Shown: one piece after another, positions 20,333 to 30,033 of the stretch
Layout: every line of letters begins with the position of its first letter
How positions within the stretch are numbered: the first letter of the stretch is position 1
Source of the DNA: Dehalococcoidia bacterium
GTDB taxonomy: Bacteria; Chloroflexota; Dehalococcoidia; Plut-88900
Direction: 5' to 3'
DNA: 64,000 bases
Assembly (NCBI GenBank): GCA_965197645.1
Contig: OZ240219.1
Location: 2,656,001-2,720,000, forward strand
Program-made: the position numbers and the translations under genes
Notes under the pieces: generated by a model
What the model was told of the DNA's origin: nothing
Database searches by the model: none
Seen by the model: only the letters and a program-made list of their open reading frames with translations

Positions 20333-20458
20333 CGACCATCCCCCTGTCCCCCTTCCTGGCCAGGAGGGGGAAACAAGAGGTTTCTGAGGGACGCCCTCAG
20401 ACTCCCGGCCCCCCAGCAGGCGGTCACAGAAAAAGTGCTCCGCCCCTCTGCACACCCC
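20333..20458 (+). repeat. Dispersed MITE/REP-like element, copy B
   Basis: Same three-module architecture as 19409-19519. Confidence 0.8.
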
Positions 20459-20519
20459 TAGCCTGGTTGACAGGCGGTCTGGGACAAGACGGAGGGTAGT
20501 CTAGCACATGGGACGGCAA

Positions 20520-20890
20520 GGAGACCTGTAAGCCGAGTTCTGTGTCTCGACGGAATCGAGACGGTGGCCATCTATCTAGGCCCGACGTTGCCGGCGGGCT
20601 CAAGCGGCCAACCCGAGGACGGGCCGGGGCCCATAGTCCTCCTATTTGGCCTTGCTCCGGATGGGGTTTGCCCAGCTAGCCGGTCTCCCGGTCTACTGGT
20701 GAGCTCTTACCTCGCCATTTCACCCTTACCCCGACTCGCCGGCCTGAGCCGGCCCATCGGGGCGGTACGTTTCTGTGGCACTTTCCGTAGGGTTTCCCCT
20801 CCTGGGAGTTACCCAGCATCCTGCCCGGTGGAGCTCGGACTTTCCTCTCCGGCCCTTCCGAGGAAGGACTGAAGCGACCACCCGGTCTCC
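20520..20890 (-). ncRNA. rnpB: RNase P RNA (type A)
   Basis: Minus strand has GAGGAAAGTCCGAGCTCC, GAAAGTGCCACAGAAA and ACAGAACTCGGCTTA; terminal P1 helix GGAGACC/GGTCTCC. Confidence 0.97.
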
Positions 20891-20930
20891 ATGCGTCCCG
20901 CTTAAGCGTACTGTAACTGCTCGCAGCGGG

Positions 20931-21350
20931 TCAAACCCGTCTCCGGTCCAGCGCCCGATTGCAGAGCGCGTCGGCGTGGCGGTTCTGCGACCGAGGCACG
21001 TGCCGGATGGTGTACTGATCGAACCGGTCCAGGAGCCGCTGGGCCTCTCCGGCCAGGGACCTGAGGTTCGGCTTCTTGATCCGGTATCCGCCGCTGAGTT
21101 GCTTGACCACCAGCTCCGAGTCCAGCCTGATCTGGACAGAACCGATCCCCAGCTCGAGGGCCTTGGAGAGGGTCTCGATGAGAGCCTGGTACTCGGCAAC
21201 GTTGTTGGTGGTCCTGCCGATGATACGACTCACCTCGCCCAGCACTCCGCCGTTGGGGTCCTGGACTACGCCTCCGATGGCCGCCGGCCCGGGGTTGCCC
21301 CGCGATCAGCCATCGGAGTACACCTGCGCTGTAGTAACCTTCTCCGCCAT
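20931..21350 (-). CDS. Ribonuclease HI family protein with in-frame TGA at codon 15 (Sec candidate or pseudogene)
   Basis: MAEKVTTAQVYSDG*SRGNPGPAAIG...TNNVAEY...DSELVVKQL...HVPRSQNRHADAL; TGA at 21308-21306. Confidence 0.88.
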
Positions 21351-21357
21351 CTATTGC

Positions 21358-22056
21358 TCAGCTTACGTAGAGGATCCGGCTACAGCTGGTACACTGCACG
21401 ACTTCTTGACCGACCCGCGCCCTCTGCACGATTCCGACAGGGAGGGTGATGCGGCATCCCTGGCACATCCCTCGTTCAACCTTGGCTATCGTCGAGACAC
21501 CCTTGGAGCTTCGGACGGACTCGTAGACGCCAACAGCGCCGCGATCGATGGCGGCCGCCAGGCCTTGCCGCTTCTTTCCCAGATCGCTCAGCTGCACTTC
21601 AAGCCTGGCCTTCTCGTCCGCTAGCCGCTTGAGGTCATCGTCCCGCTGGGTCTCCAGGGCGGCGAACTCGGAGGAAGACTCCTCCAGATTGATCCTGGCT
21701 TCGTCCACCTTGTCCATCAGAATCAGGGACTTTTCTTCCACATCTCCTATCTGTCTTTTCAGGATAGCCGCCTCCAGAGCGAAGCCCTCGAGCTCCCGGG
21801 GGTTGGTTATCGAGCCTCCGTAGGCCTTCTGCTCGACCGATTTCAGCTTGGTCTGAAGGTCGGAAAGGGTGTTGTCCACATCTCGCTGTTCCCTGTCCAG
21901 GCCGGCGAGCTCTTCCGTACGACTAGAGACGAGCTGCTTCAGCTTCTTCAGGGCCTCGTCGTCTTCCAGTTGCCGTATCACCTCGGACAAGTCCGATTCC
22001 CGATCGTGGATATCCACGTCCAGAAGGTGCAGCTGATACAGATCTCTGGTGCTCAT
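21358..22056 (-). CDS. Coiled-coil C4 zinc-ribbon protein (DUF164-like)
   Basis: Long coiled coil followed by CQGC...CTSCSRIL. Confidence 0.88.
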   Translation of the reverse strand: MSTRDLYQLHLLDVDIHDRESDLSEVIRQLEDDEALKKLKQLVSSRTEELAGLDREQRDVDNTLSDLQTKLKSVEQKAYGGSITNPRELEGFALEAAILKRQIGDVEEKSLILMDKVDEARINLEESSSEFAALETQRDDDLKRLADEKARLEVQLSDLGKKRQGLAAAIDRGAVGVYESVRSSKGVSTIAKVERGMCQGCRITLPVGIVQRARVGQEVVQCTSCSRILYVS

Positions 22057-22128
22057 GTCAAATCCCAAGGATACAAAAAGGGCCGGGAAACGTTGTTAGA
22101 GATAACGAACGCCACCTCGATTGGTTCA

Positions 22129-22157
22129 ATTCTAAAAACAGGGCTGGGCGGTGTCAA
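22129..22157 (-). promoter_or_regulatory. Sigma70 promoter of the zinc-ribbon/RNase HI operon
   Basis: TTGACA-17nt-TAGAAT. Confidence 0.7.
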
Positions 22158-22292
22158 TGAATCGCTCTCCCACAAAATCTGCTGCGAGAACTACGGAGGC
22201 CATAAACTGTTCTGCAGTATGGTCCGGGTCAGGCGCCTGATAATGTGCTAAACTTTTTTTGTTGCTCGGATGACCTTCGATAGGCATCAGTT

Positions 22293-23702
22293 ATGTCGCG
22301 AACCAGACTAACACTCGTTATTATGGTCCTCACCATGGTCGCCGTGGTAGGCATCGCCTGCCGGACTTCCGGTGCGGCTACATCAGGAGAGCCTGAGGCC
22401 ACGCCTATCCCCGAGGTGTTCATCCCAGACGAAGGACGCATCCTCTACGAGGCGTGGCGGGTCATTATGCAGGACTTCGTCGAGCAGGACATTCTCGACC
22501 CCCGGCTACTGAGCGACGGCTCGATACTGGGGATCATAGCCAGCGATGAGGAGACTGTTCTATCTCTGCAAGCGGCCAGAGACCTGGTATACGACCTGGA
22601 CAACGCCGGCGGATTCTTCGATATCCCGGGCGGGGAGCAGCTGCGGGAGGCCTACGAGGTCTGGGCCTATGCCTACGAAGAAACGGTGGAAGAAGGCGAT
22701 AGGACCGTGCCGGAGCTCAACGAGGCAGCGATACGGGGATTGGTCGGCGCCCTGGGAGACCCGTACACCTCCTATCTGACGGCCACCGACCTGGAACTGG
22801 ACCGGTCGGACCTGAGAGGCTCCTTCGAGGGGATTGGCGCCTACGTTTCGACCAACGACGACGGATACCTGGTGATCATAGCTCCCATTGAAAACACTCC
22901 TGCGGAGGCGGCCGGAATACGTCCCGGAGACATCGTCCTGGAGGTCAATCGAGAGCCGACCAATCTGATGACCCTGCAGGAAGCCATCTTGAAGATAAGG
23001 GGTCCCGAGGGTACGTCGGTCCACCTGCTGGTCAAACACCTGCTGGACGACGAGCCCGTGGAGATAACCATCACCCGGGGCGAGATACCCAGGTACAGCG
23101 TGGCCATGTACATGGAGAGCGACTTGGTAGCCCGGATCAGGATAGGGGTGTTCACTCAGAGAACTCCCGAAGAGGTGGAACTGGCGATAAGGCAAGCAGA
23201 AGAGGCTGGGGCCCAGGGGTTGATTATAGACGTGCGGCAGAATCCGGGAGGCCTCTTGGCCGAAACTGTCGAGACGACAGGGATTTTCCTCGACGGCGGC
23301 CTGGTACTGACGGAGGAAGACGGTACCGGTAGGGTGGTCGATTGGACCGCCAAGTCCGGCGGGACAACCGATATACCGTTGGCAGTACTCGTAGACCAGT
23401 TCAGCGCCAGCGGCGCTGAAGTGCTGGCCGGAGCGCTCCAGGACAGAGGCCGAGCCGTCCTCATTGGCGATCTTACCTTCGGCAAGGGCAGCGTGACCCA
23501 CCTGAGAATCCTTAGCGACGGATCGGGCATCTACATCACCTTCGCTCGCTGGTACACACCCTCCGGCGAGCTGATAGAGGGTGAGGGGGTCGAGCCCGAT
23601 ATCGAGGTGCTCTTCACGGAAGCTGACCTGGCTGCTCAGCGAGACCCCCAGGTGGAGGAAGCGTTGCGATACCTGGAGGAGCTTGTCACTGCCGGGACTT
23701 AG
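22293..23702 (+). CDS. ctpA: S41 carboxyl-terminal processing protease, lipoprotein
   Basis: Lipobox GIAC, PDZ domain (GIGA...PAEAAGIRPGD), DVRQNPGG, SASGAE, TFGKG. Confidence 0.9.
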   Translation: MSRTRLTLVIMVLTMVAVVGIACRTSGAATSGEPEATPIPEVFIPDEGRILYEAWRVIMQDFVEQDILDPRLLSDGSILGIIASDEETVLSLQAARDLVYDLDNAGGFFDIPGGEQLREAYEVWAYAYEETVEEGDRTVPELNEAAIRGLVGALGDPYTSYLTATDLELDRSDLRGSFEGIGAYVSTNDDGYLVIIAPIENTPAEAAGIRPGDIVLEVNREPTNLMTLQEAILKIRGPEGTSVHLLVKHLLDDEPVEITITRGEIPRYSVAMYMESDLVARIRIGVFTQRTPEEVELAIRQAEEAGAQGLIIDVRQNPGGLLAETVETTGIFLDGGLVLTEEDGTGRVVDWTAKSGGTTDIPLAVLVDQFSASGAEVLAGALQDRGRAVLIGDLTFGKGSVTHLRILSDGSGIYITFARWYTPSGELIEGEGVEPDIEVLFTEADLAAQRDPQVEEALRYLEELVTAGT

Positions 23703-23744
23703 GCCCGGCCTCATCGGCCCCGGCGTCACCAACCTTTTCCTGCA

Positions 23745-24206
23745 ATGAAGACCATCACCGTCAACCGGAAGGCCCGGCATAACTACCACATTCTCGAAAC
23801 CGTGGAGGCGGGCCTGGTGCTGACCGGAACGGAGATCAAATCGATTCGAGCAGGGCGGGTGAGCATCGCCGAGGCGTTCGCCCGGGCCCAAAACGACGAG
23901 CTCTGGCTTTATAACGCCCACATAGCCGAGTACCCGGGCGCCAGTGTCAACAACCACGAGCCCACCAGGCCGAGGAAGCTGCTCCTCCACTACGATGAGA
24001 TGCGGAATCTCATAAGCAAGTCCGAGGAAAGAGGCCTGGCCCTGGTCCCCCTCAGGCTTTACATCTCGAACCACAGGGCCAAAACAGAGCTGGCGCTGGC
24101 GAAGGGCAAGAAGCTGTACGATAAACGTCGCAGCATTGCCGAAAAGGACGCCCAGCGTAACATTCAGAGGGCGATACGCCGCCGAGTCGGGCAGCTCACG
24201 TCCTGA
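23745..24206 (+). CDS. smpB: SsrA-binding protein
   Basis: NRKARHNY, EAGLVLTGTEIKS, RKLLLH, KGKKLYDKR. Confidence 0.98.
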   Translation: MKTITVNRKARHNYHILETVEAGLVLTGTEIKSIRAGRVSIAEAFARAQNDELWLYNAHIAEYPGASVNNHEPTRPRKLLLHYDEMRNLISKSEERGLALVPLRLYISNHRAKTELALAKGKKLYDKRRSIAEKDAQRNIQRAIRRRVGQLTS

Positions 24207-24252
24207 GCCCCTTTCCTAACTCCTCTCCAGGCCCCAACCACGCAGGCATCCG

Positions 24253-24261
24253 TGCTATAAT
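24253..24261 (+). promoter_or_regulatory. Extended -10 promoter of ssrA
   Basis: TGCTATAAT 17 nt before the mature tmRNA 5' end. Confidence 0.6.
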
Positions 24262-24278
24262 TTGACCGTTGTAACCGT

Positions 24279-24635
24279 GGGGACGCGTGGGTTCGACAGA
24301 GGGCGGGACTGTTCAGGGTTGCAGGCCGAGGTGCCGTTAACCTCGTAAAACAAGCGGCACAACTGTAACTGGCAACCGTCAGTTAGCAATGGCTGCCTAG
24401 TAACTTAGGTGGTCCGTCCAACCCGGTCTCCCTCGAAGGTTGGGATTGGGCGCCGATAAATCGAGGTGCGGCGGCCCCGATGCCGATAAGGGACGAGTAA
24501 GACATCATCGGATAGCCCGAAGGAACTCGGTCGGTAGAGGTCCGAAGGGCGAAACTCAAAGAGCCGACTAAGCCTGTAGTGGCTCTGGATGGCCCCCTTC
24601 TGGACGGGGAGTTCGACCCTCCCCCGTCTCCACCA
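24279..24635 (+). ncRNA. ssrA: tmRNA; tag (A)GNRQLAMAA at 24371-24400
   Basis: GGGGACG...CGTCTCCACCA acceptor stem with G3-U pair, T-loop GTTCGA, tag ending AA-stop, adjacent to smpB. Confidence 0.96.
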
Positions 24636-24648
24636 AGAGCGCATATTT

Positions 24649-24682
24649 GCCGCCCCCGGACTACCCGGGGGCGTCTCTGTTA
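24649..24682 (+). terminator. Probable intrinsic terminator hairpin after ssrA
   Basis: CGCCCCCGG-loop-CCGGGGGCG followed by TCTCTGTT. Confidence 0.55.
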
Positions 24683-24739
24683 TCAGTGCCGTTCCGGTTG
24701 TGACGGCAAAGGATGGCTGCGGGAAAACGTATAGGTCTG

Positions 24740-25144
24740 ATGATGCCGGAATTGACGAGTTCGCAGACGGCAGAGCCAGAGGTGGATGAGGGACCGGTGA
24801 CCGTGGTAGCCACTTACCTGAAACTGCGAAGCTGGCTGCGGCTCTGGCGGTTCTTCAGAGTGAACGGGAAAGTCGAGCGCCAACTGAAGACCACGCCCGG
24901 CCTGATCGGCTACTGGTTGAACGCCGACTTTCTACGGTTGCGATTCTCCACACTGTCAGTGTGGGAAAATGACCCTGCCGTCGATACTTTCGTGAGGACC
25001 GGCTCCCACCGGGAAGCCATGGCCATGTTCGATAAAATCGCTCTCCGAGATGAGTCCCACTTCGTGCGATGGAAAACGTCGGACCCTCACGAGACCACCT
25101 GGGAGGAAGCCGACCGGCGGCTGTCCGGAATGGGTCATTCCTAA
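24740..25144 (+). CDS. DUF3291-like / ABM-fold protein
   Basis: PGLIGY...TLSVWE...F...HREAM pattern; an alternative start exists at 24713. Confidence 0.6.
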   Translation: MMPELTSSQTAEPEVDEGPVTVVATYLKLRSWLRLWRFFRVNGKVERQLKTTPGLIGYWLNADFLRLRFSTLSVWENDPAVDTFVRTGSHREAMAMFDKIALRDESHFVRWKTSDPHETTWEEADRRLSGMGHS

Positions 25145-25253
25145 CGTTACCGGCAGACTGAGGACAATCGAAGGTCTAAACTCGGTGCCCCTCTATACCG
25201 GGTTTGCGACGTCCGGAGTGTTTTCGGTAGTGGAGCCTCAAAGGCAGGGGCTG

Positions 25254-26024
25254 CTACCAGGCTGTCCAACCACCGTCCACGCTCAAGACCTGGCCGGTGA
25301 CGTAGGTCGATGCATCTGAGGCGAACAACAGCAATGCCCCGGCAAGCTCCTCGGGCTGTCCCATACGCCCCATGGGAGTGCGCTGCTCAATCTCCTCCAA
25401 GACGTCGGGATTCTCGTGGACCCCTCCGCCAAGGTCGCTGGGAAAGTAGGCCGGGGCAATGGCATTTACGGTAATGCCCGTTTTCGCCCACTGAACGGCG
25501 AACTCCTTGGTCAGACCGATGACCCCGCTCTTCGAGGGCGTGTATCCTATGCTGGCGTCCGCCGGCATGGCTGCATTGATGCCGGATACTGAGGCGATGT
25601 TTACGATCCTACCGTACCCCCGGGCAAGCATCTCTTTGCCCACCTGCTGGGATAGGTTGAAAACGCTGACCAGATTTACGTCTATCTCCTCGACGAACTC
25701 TTCCAGCGTCTTCTCATCCGCCACTCCCGTCGAGCCTATCCCTGCGTTGTTCACCAGGATGTCGATTTTTCCGTACTCGTCCAGGGTCCTGGCGACGAAC
25801 TCTTGGACTTGGTCGTTCTGGCTCACGTCCGTTTGTAGCGTGAGGCACCTTCGTCCCAGAGCACGAACCATCTCTCCCGTCTCTTCCAACGGCGCCTGTC
25901 TGCGAGCGCAGATCGATAGGTCGGCCCCTGCCTCTGCCAGCACCCGGGCAAAGGTAACACCCAGTCCGCCGGAAGCTCCTGTGACTATTGCCACTCTTCC
26001 ATCGAGTCTAAACAGATCGGTCAT
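25254..26024 (-). CDS. Short-chain dehydrogenase/reductase
   Basis: TGASGGLG, NNAG, YTPSK, VDGG. Confidence 0.93.
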   Translation of the reverse strand: MTDLFRLDGRVAIVTGASGGLGVTFARVLAEAGADLSICARRQAPLEETGEMVRALGRRCLTLQTDVSQNDQVQEFVARTLDEYGKIDILVNNAGIGSTGVADEKTLEEFVEEIDVNLVSVFNLSQQVGKEMLARGYGRIVNIASVSGINAAMPADASIGYTPSKSGVIGLTKEFAVQWAKTGITVNAIAPAYFPSDLGGGVHENPDVLEEIEQRTPMGRMGQPEELAGALLLFASDASTYVTGQVLSVDGGWTAW

Positions 26025-26134
26025 GAAGGCATAGTCCAGACCTGGGCGTAGTTAGTATGACCCCTACCCTCTGGAGGAGTTCGGATGATCCCCAAGGTTG
26101 CCGGCGCGTTGTCGCCTAGGTAAAGCGTCGCCTC

Positions 26135-27310
26135 TTACGACGTGACGTTGTAGACCTTCAAGGCGTTCTCGCCCAGTATCTTCTTCTGGTCCGCCGCCGA
26201 CATCCCTCCGATGTGCTCCCTTATCTCCTTGACCGGCTCGGGGAAGGCATCGGTGTGAGGGTAGTCCGAGGCCCAGAACAGCTTGTCTGCTCCCAGTTCC
26301 TCGGCTATGAACGTCGCCGTATGGTCCTCGGGCTCCATGGAAATCCAGCACTGTCGCTGGAAGTACTCGGTGGGACTGCAGCTCCTGTCGGCAAACCTGT
26401 ACTTGTAGACCTCCGTCAGGTGGTCCATCCTGTCCAGCCAGTGGGGCATCCAGCCTGCGCCCGTCTCCAGGACCAGGGTCTTCAGCCTGGGAAACCGCTC
26501 GAACACACCCTCATAGACCATGTTTGTGAAGGCCATCTGGACGTCCAGGCTGAACAGAACGTCGCTCCACCAAACGGCATCGGACTGGTTCACACCATCA
26601 CCTTTGTACATGTGGTCTCCAACGTAGTTGGGGCCCAGGATGGGATGGATCCCTGCGGCTATGTTCATGTCCTGCAGAGCCTCCCAGTACCTATCGTTGT
26701 CGCGATGGCCAAAGGGCCGTTCGGAGAGCCATGGGGGCCTGGCATACACGAACACTCCGCCAACTCCCTTATCAGCGACCCGCTCAAGCTCGGTTATGGC
26801 CATATCCATGTCCAGCAGAGAGATGTGAGCAACCGGCTTCAGGCGGTCGGGGTCCGGGCTGCAGAAATCGAACAACCAATTGTTGTATGCCCTGCAGTAG
26901 GCCGCAGCCAACTCCGGGTCGGGACACTCCTGTTCCCAGGCTATACCGATAGTGGGATACATGAATGCCATGTCTATCCCGTCCTTGTCCATCACCTTGA
27001 GGCGCTCGTTGCCGTCATAGCCCCCCGGGGGCGATGCGTTAGCGAAGGTGGTCTCCTCGGTGGCGGTCAGGAAATGCTGGACAACGTCCGGGTCTCCGAT
27101 GGCGCCCAGGGCGCCTATCGTTCCCCCCTGCATCGCCGCCGACTTCTTCCCGGCCACCTCCAGGTATTCCAGCCCATTCTCATCCTTCTTGAATCGTATA
27201 GCCCGGTCCTTGTACTCGGGCTCCAGGTACTTCTCCCAGAGGTCCGGCGGCTCCATGATGTGCCCGTCGGCGTCGACGGTGGTAGTTTCCACGTGTATCT
27301 TCTCTGCCAT
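26135..27310 (-). CDS. Amidohydrolase_2 family metalloenzyme
   Basis: DADGH, AYNNW, LETGAGW, WASDYPH. Confidence 0.92.
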   Translation of the reverse strand: MAEKIHVETTTVDADGHIMEPPDLWEKYLEPEYKDRAIRFKKDENGLEYLEVAGKKSAAMQGGTIGALGAIGDPDVVQHFLTATEETTFANASPPGGYDGNERLKVMDKDGIDMAFMYPTIGIAWEQECPDPELAAAYCRAYNNWLFDFCSPDPDRLKPVAHISLLDMDMAITELERVADKGVGGVFVYARPPWLSERPFGHRDNDRYWEALQDMNIAAGIHPILGPNYVGDHMYKGDGVNQSDAVWWSDVLFSLDVQMAFTNMVYEGVFERFPRLKTLVLETGAGWMPHWLDRMDHLTEVYKYRFADRSCSPTEYFQRQCWISMEPEDHTATFIAEELGADKLFWASDYPHTDAFPEPVKEIREHIGGMSAADQKKILGENALKVYNVTS

Positions 27311-27501
27311 AGCTATCCTCCCTCTCTAGCGTGTCACCCTTGAACTGCCCCTAAGTTACCACAATAGTGTCCGTTTTGTCTTTGGTCGCCGGAGCATGGT
27401 CAATCATGCTGGGCGGCGGCACTGACCCACTCCAAATCCCTCGGCCTCTACGGAGCCCGGACGAAGAGTCATGGCGATGCTCCGGTCCTGTGTCCGTCAA
27501 C

Positions 27502-28521
27502 CTAGCGACGGTACTCGTCTCCGCAGTCGCCGACAATTGAGAACAGGTTGCTCGATTTATCTACGACCGCCCGGATCCGCTCTCCGTCTTCCTCGCTCAG
27601 AGATATGTCGAATGCCCGGGCGTTATCCTGAATATGTTGGGCGACCCCCAGCCGTACACCAACAGCAACGCCCGCAACGGCAGGGCGATCGAGTATGTAA
27701 CGAACGGCCACGTTGGCCGTGCTGACGCCATGCCCGGCGGCAACGGAGTTCAACGTTCCCAGCAACTCTTGAAACAGGCCCCAGCCGCCCCAGGCGTCTA
27801 TCATCTGCTTGTACTTCCTCAGACTGGCCGTGTTCAGCTCCCTGTACGTTGGCTCGGGTTGGCCCAGATACCTGTCGGAGAGAAGTCCACCGCAAAGCGT
27901 CCCGTAGGCCAGTAGCCCGACGCCGTGACCTTGACAGAACTGGGCCATTCGGACCTCTGGCCTCAGGTCCACCAGCGAGTACTGCACCTGGTTGGAGACG
28001 ATATCGATGCCACCTTCGACTATTCGCTCAAGGGTCTCGGTGCTGAAGTTGGTGAGGCTCAGATGCCGGATCTTGCCCTCGTCACGCAACTGGGCCAGGT
28101 GATGCAGGGCGTCAAAGTACCTGGAATCCTGGTAGTCCCACCAGTGGAACTGCAGCATATCCAGCGCTTCGACATCCATTCTTCTCAATGATACGTCGAT
28201 ATTGCTCTCGACCACCTCCCTGGTCATCGGCCCCGGTTGGGGCACCCACTTGGTAAATGCCTGCACCTGCTCCAGCTCATTCGCTCCCCTAGAGGCAGCC
28301 AGCCTTCGTCTGAACTCACCGATGAAGCTCTCCGCCGGGCCGTAGTGATCAGCCAGGTCCCAGGTGGTGAAACCCGCTGCATGGTGTGCCATCATGCTTT
28401 CGATAGCAGAGTCGGGATCAATCGGGCCGTGAGCGCCGGACACCTGCCACATCCCGTTCAGAAGGCGACACATCGACATGTCGGGCGTAATCTGGAACCT
28501 GCTGGTTTCGGGCAAGCCCAT
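27502..28521 (-). CDS. Aldo/keto reductase
   Basis: GMWQ, DLADHYG, QFHWW, NQVQYS; GGAGG upstream of ATG 28521. Confidence 0.9.
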   Translation of the reverse strand: MGLPETSRFQITPDMSMCRLLNGMWQVSGAHGPIDPDSAIESMMAHHAAGFTTWDLADHYGPAESFIGEFRRRLAASRGANELEQVQAFTKWVPQPGPMTREVVESNIDVSLRRMDVEALDMLQFHWWDYQDSRYFDALHHLAQLRDEGKIRHLSLTNFSTETLERIVEGGIDIVSNQVQYSLVDLRPEVRMAQFCQGHGVGLLAYGTLCGGLLSDRYLGQPEPTYRELNTASLRKYKQMIDAWGGWGLFQELLGTLNSVAAGHGVSTANVAVRYILDRPAVAGVAVGVRLGVAQHIQDNARAFDISLSEEDGERIRAVVDKSSNLFSIVGDCGDEYRR

Positions 28522-28667
28522 TTGTGCCTCCGGGGGACGCAGCAATGGCTGGTCGCTTGGAGAGAAGTGTATCGGTCGGACGGCCCTGTTGGGCTCCGTC
28601 GTAGCCCCGGGTATCACTATCTAAAGTGGTCTCTGAACGCCTAAGAAAAGGACCCGCGGCGCCGGCC

Positions 28668-29966
28668 CTAAACGCCGACCTTCTGCGCCAGCTCGATGCC
28701 GAACTGTTCGACGGCCGTGCCGCCCATCATCAGGGCGATGGTGGACTCCTCTACGTCCGCTCTGGTGAGGGTTTCGATGGCGTCCCAGGCGCTCGTTGTG
28801 TCCTGGTTGGGATAGCGGGAGCCCCAGACTATCTTCTCGGCGAAGGGGCGAGGCAGCTCCGGTATGAGCCGCTCCTCAGCGTCGAAACCCAGGACCACCC
28901 GGCCTTCCTCCCACATGTCCTCGGGGTCCGTTCTGACCGGGTAGTAGTGCTGGAGTGGGATCACCTTGGTCGAGGCCTCCATCTTTTCCAGCACCTCTTC
29001 CGCCCAGGTGGCCTTACCGTGGGACACCACTACCTTCATGTTGGGGAACCGTTGCATCAGCGAGTAGCCGACCAGCGAGGATGCCACGAACATGTGGTTG
29101 TCCAGCCAGTAGGACAGGATCGGCGCGAGATGATGGCCCAGGGGCAGCCGTGCATCCCCGATGAACCCCCGCTCGCCTCCACCGGCCAGGGGTCCTGCCC
29201 CCGCTGCCGTATTGGGGGTCAGCCACATGCCGGCCTCCACCATCCGGCCCTGCAGTCGCTCGACGAAGGGGCCGTGGGATGTCCACTCAGGGTTCCACAA
29301 GCCGGGTGTGGGGTGAACGGCGGCGGTCACGCCCAGGTTTTCCAGCTCCGTCCACAGCGGGTCGTAGTAAGGATGGGTGAAGTATCGCTCCTCTATGAAC
29401 ATGGGCCGGATGAAGGCGCCGCGGAAGCAGGGGACTTTGGACGTTCGATGCAGCTCCTCGATAGCGAACTCCATGTTCTGGAGCGGCAGCATGGCAGCAG
29501 CGAAGAGGCGGTCCGGCGCCGCGGCGCAGAAATCGGCCATCCAGTCGTTGTAGGCACGCGCCAACGCATAGGCGACGTCCGGGTCCTCCACGAGGTGGAA
29601 GCCCTCGGCGAACCAGGTCGGGTACAGGAAAGCCTGGTCGATTCCCATGGCGTCCATGTCCCGAAGCCGAGCCTCGGGGTCCCAGGCGCCCTCGTTCATC
29701 GGGTGGGGGACATCGGGATCTAGGGACCCTATGTCGCTCCAGGTGGTACCAGGACGCCAGATGGCATGGCGAGGGATGTTGGTGTTGCCCGTATCCCGGA
29801 ACATCTTGCCGTTGACCTTGAGATACGAGCCCAGCCTCCCCTCCTCCCGCCACAGGGCTGATTTACCCAGAACGCGGTACTCCGGTTCCAGGTACTTCGT
29901 CCAGACCTCCGGGGGCTCCACCACGTGGGAGTCGCTATCGAATACCGTGAAGCGCTTCTTCGTCAT
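28668..29966 (-). CDS. Amidohydrolase_2 family protein with altered metal-ligand motif
   Basis: DSDSH, AYNDW; WGSRYPN in place of W.SDYPH. Confidence 0.85.
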   Translation of the reverse strand: MTKKRFTVFDSDSHVVEPPEVWTKYLEPEYRVLGKSALWREEGRLGSYLKVNGKMFRDTGNTNIPRHAIWRPGTTWSDIGSLDPDVPHPMNEGAWDPEARLRDMDAMGIDQAFLYPTWFAEGFHLVEDPDVAYALARAYNDWMADFCAAAPDRLFAAAMLPLQNMEFAIEELHRTSKVPCFRGAFIRPMFIEERYFTHPYYDPLWTELENLGVTAAVHPTPGLWNPEWTSHGPFVERLQGRMVEAGMWLTPNTAAGAGPLAGGGERGFIGDARLPLGHHLAPILSYWLDNHMFVASSLVGYSLMQRFPNMKVVVSHGKATWAEEVLEKMEASTKVIPLQHYYPVRTDPEDMWEEGRVVLGFDAEERLIPELPRPFAEKIVWGSRYPNQDTTSAWDAIETLTRADVEESTIALMMGGTAVEQFGIELAQKVGV

Positions 29967-30033
29967 GATCGCCGTTCCCCTCGCCTTGAGTGCATTTCGG
30001 AGCCATGAGTAACCGGTTGAGAAGGGAGGTCCG

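Noticed and set aside
21306-21308. Genome-wide UGA reassignment (code 4 or 25)
   Set aside because: TGA terminates purE, purB, smpB, tlyA and others at their expected C-termini.
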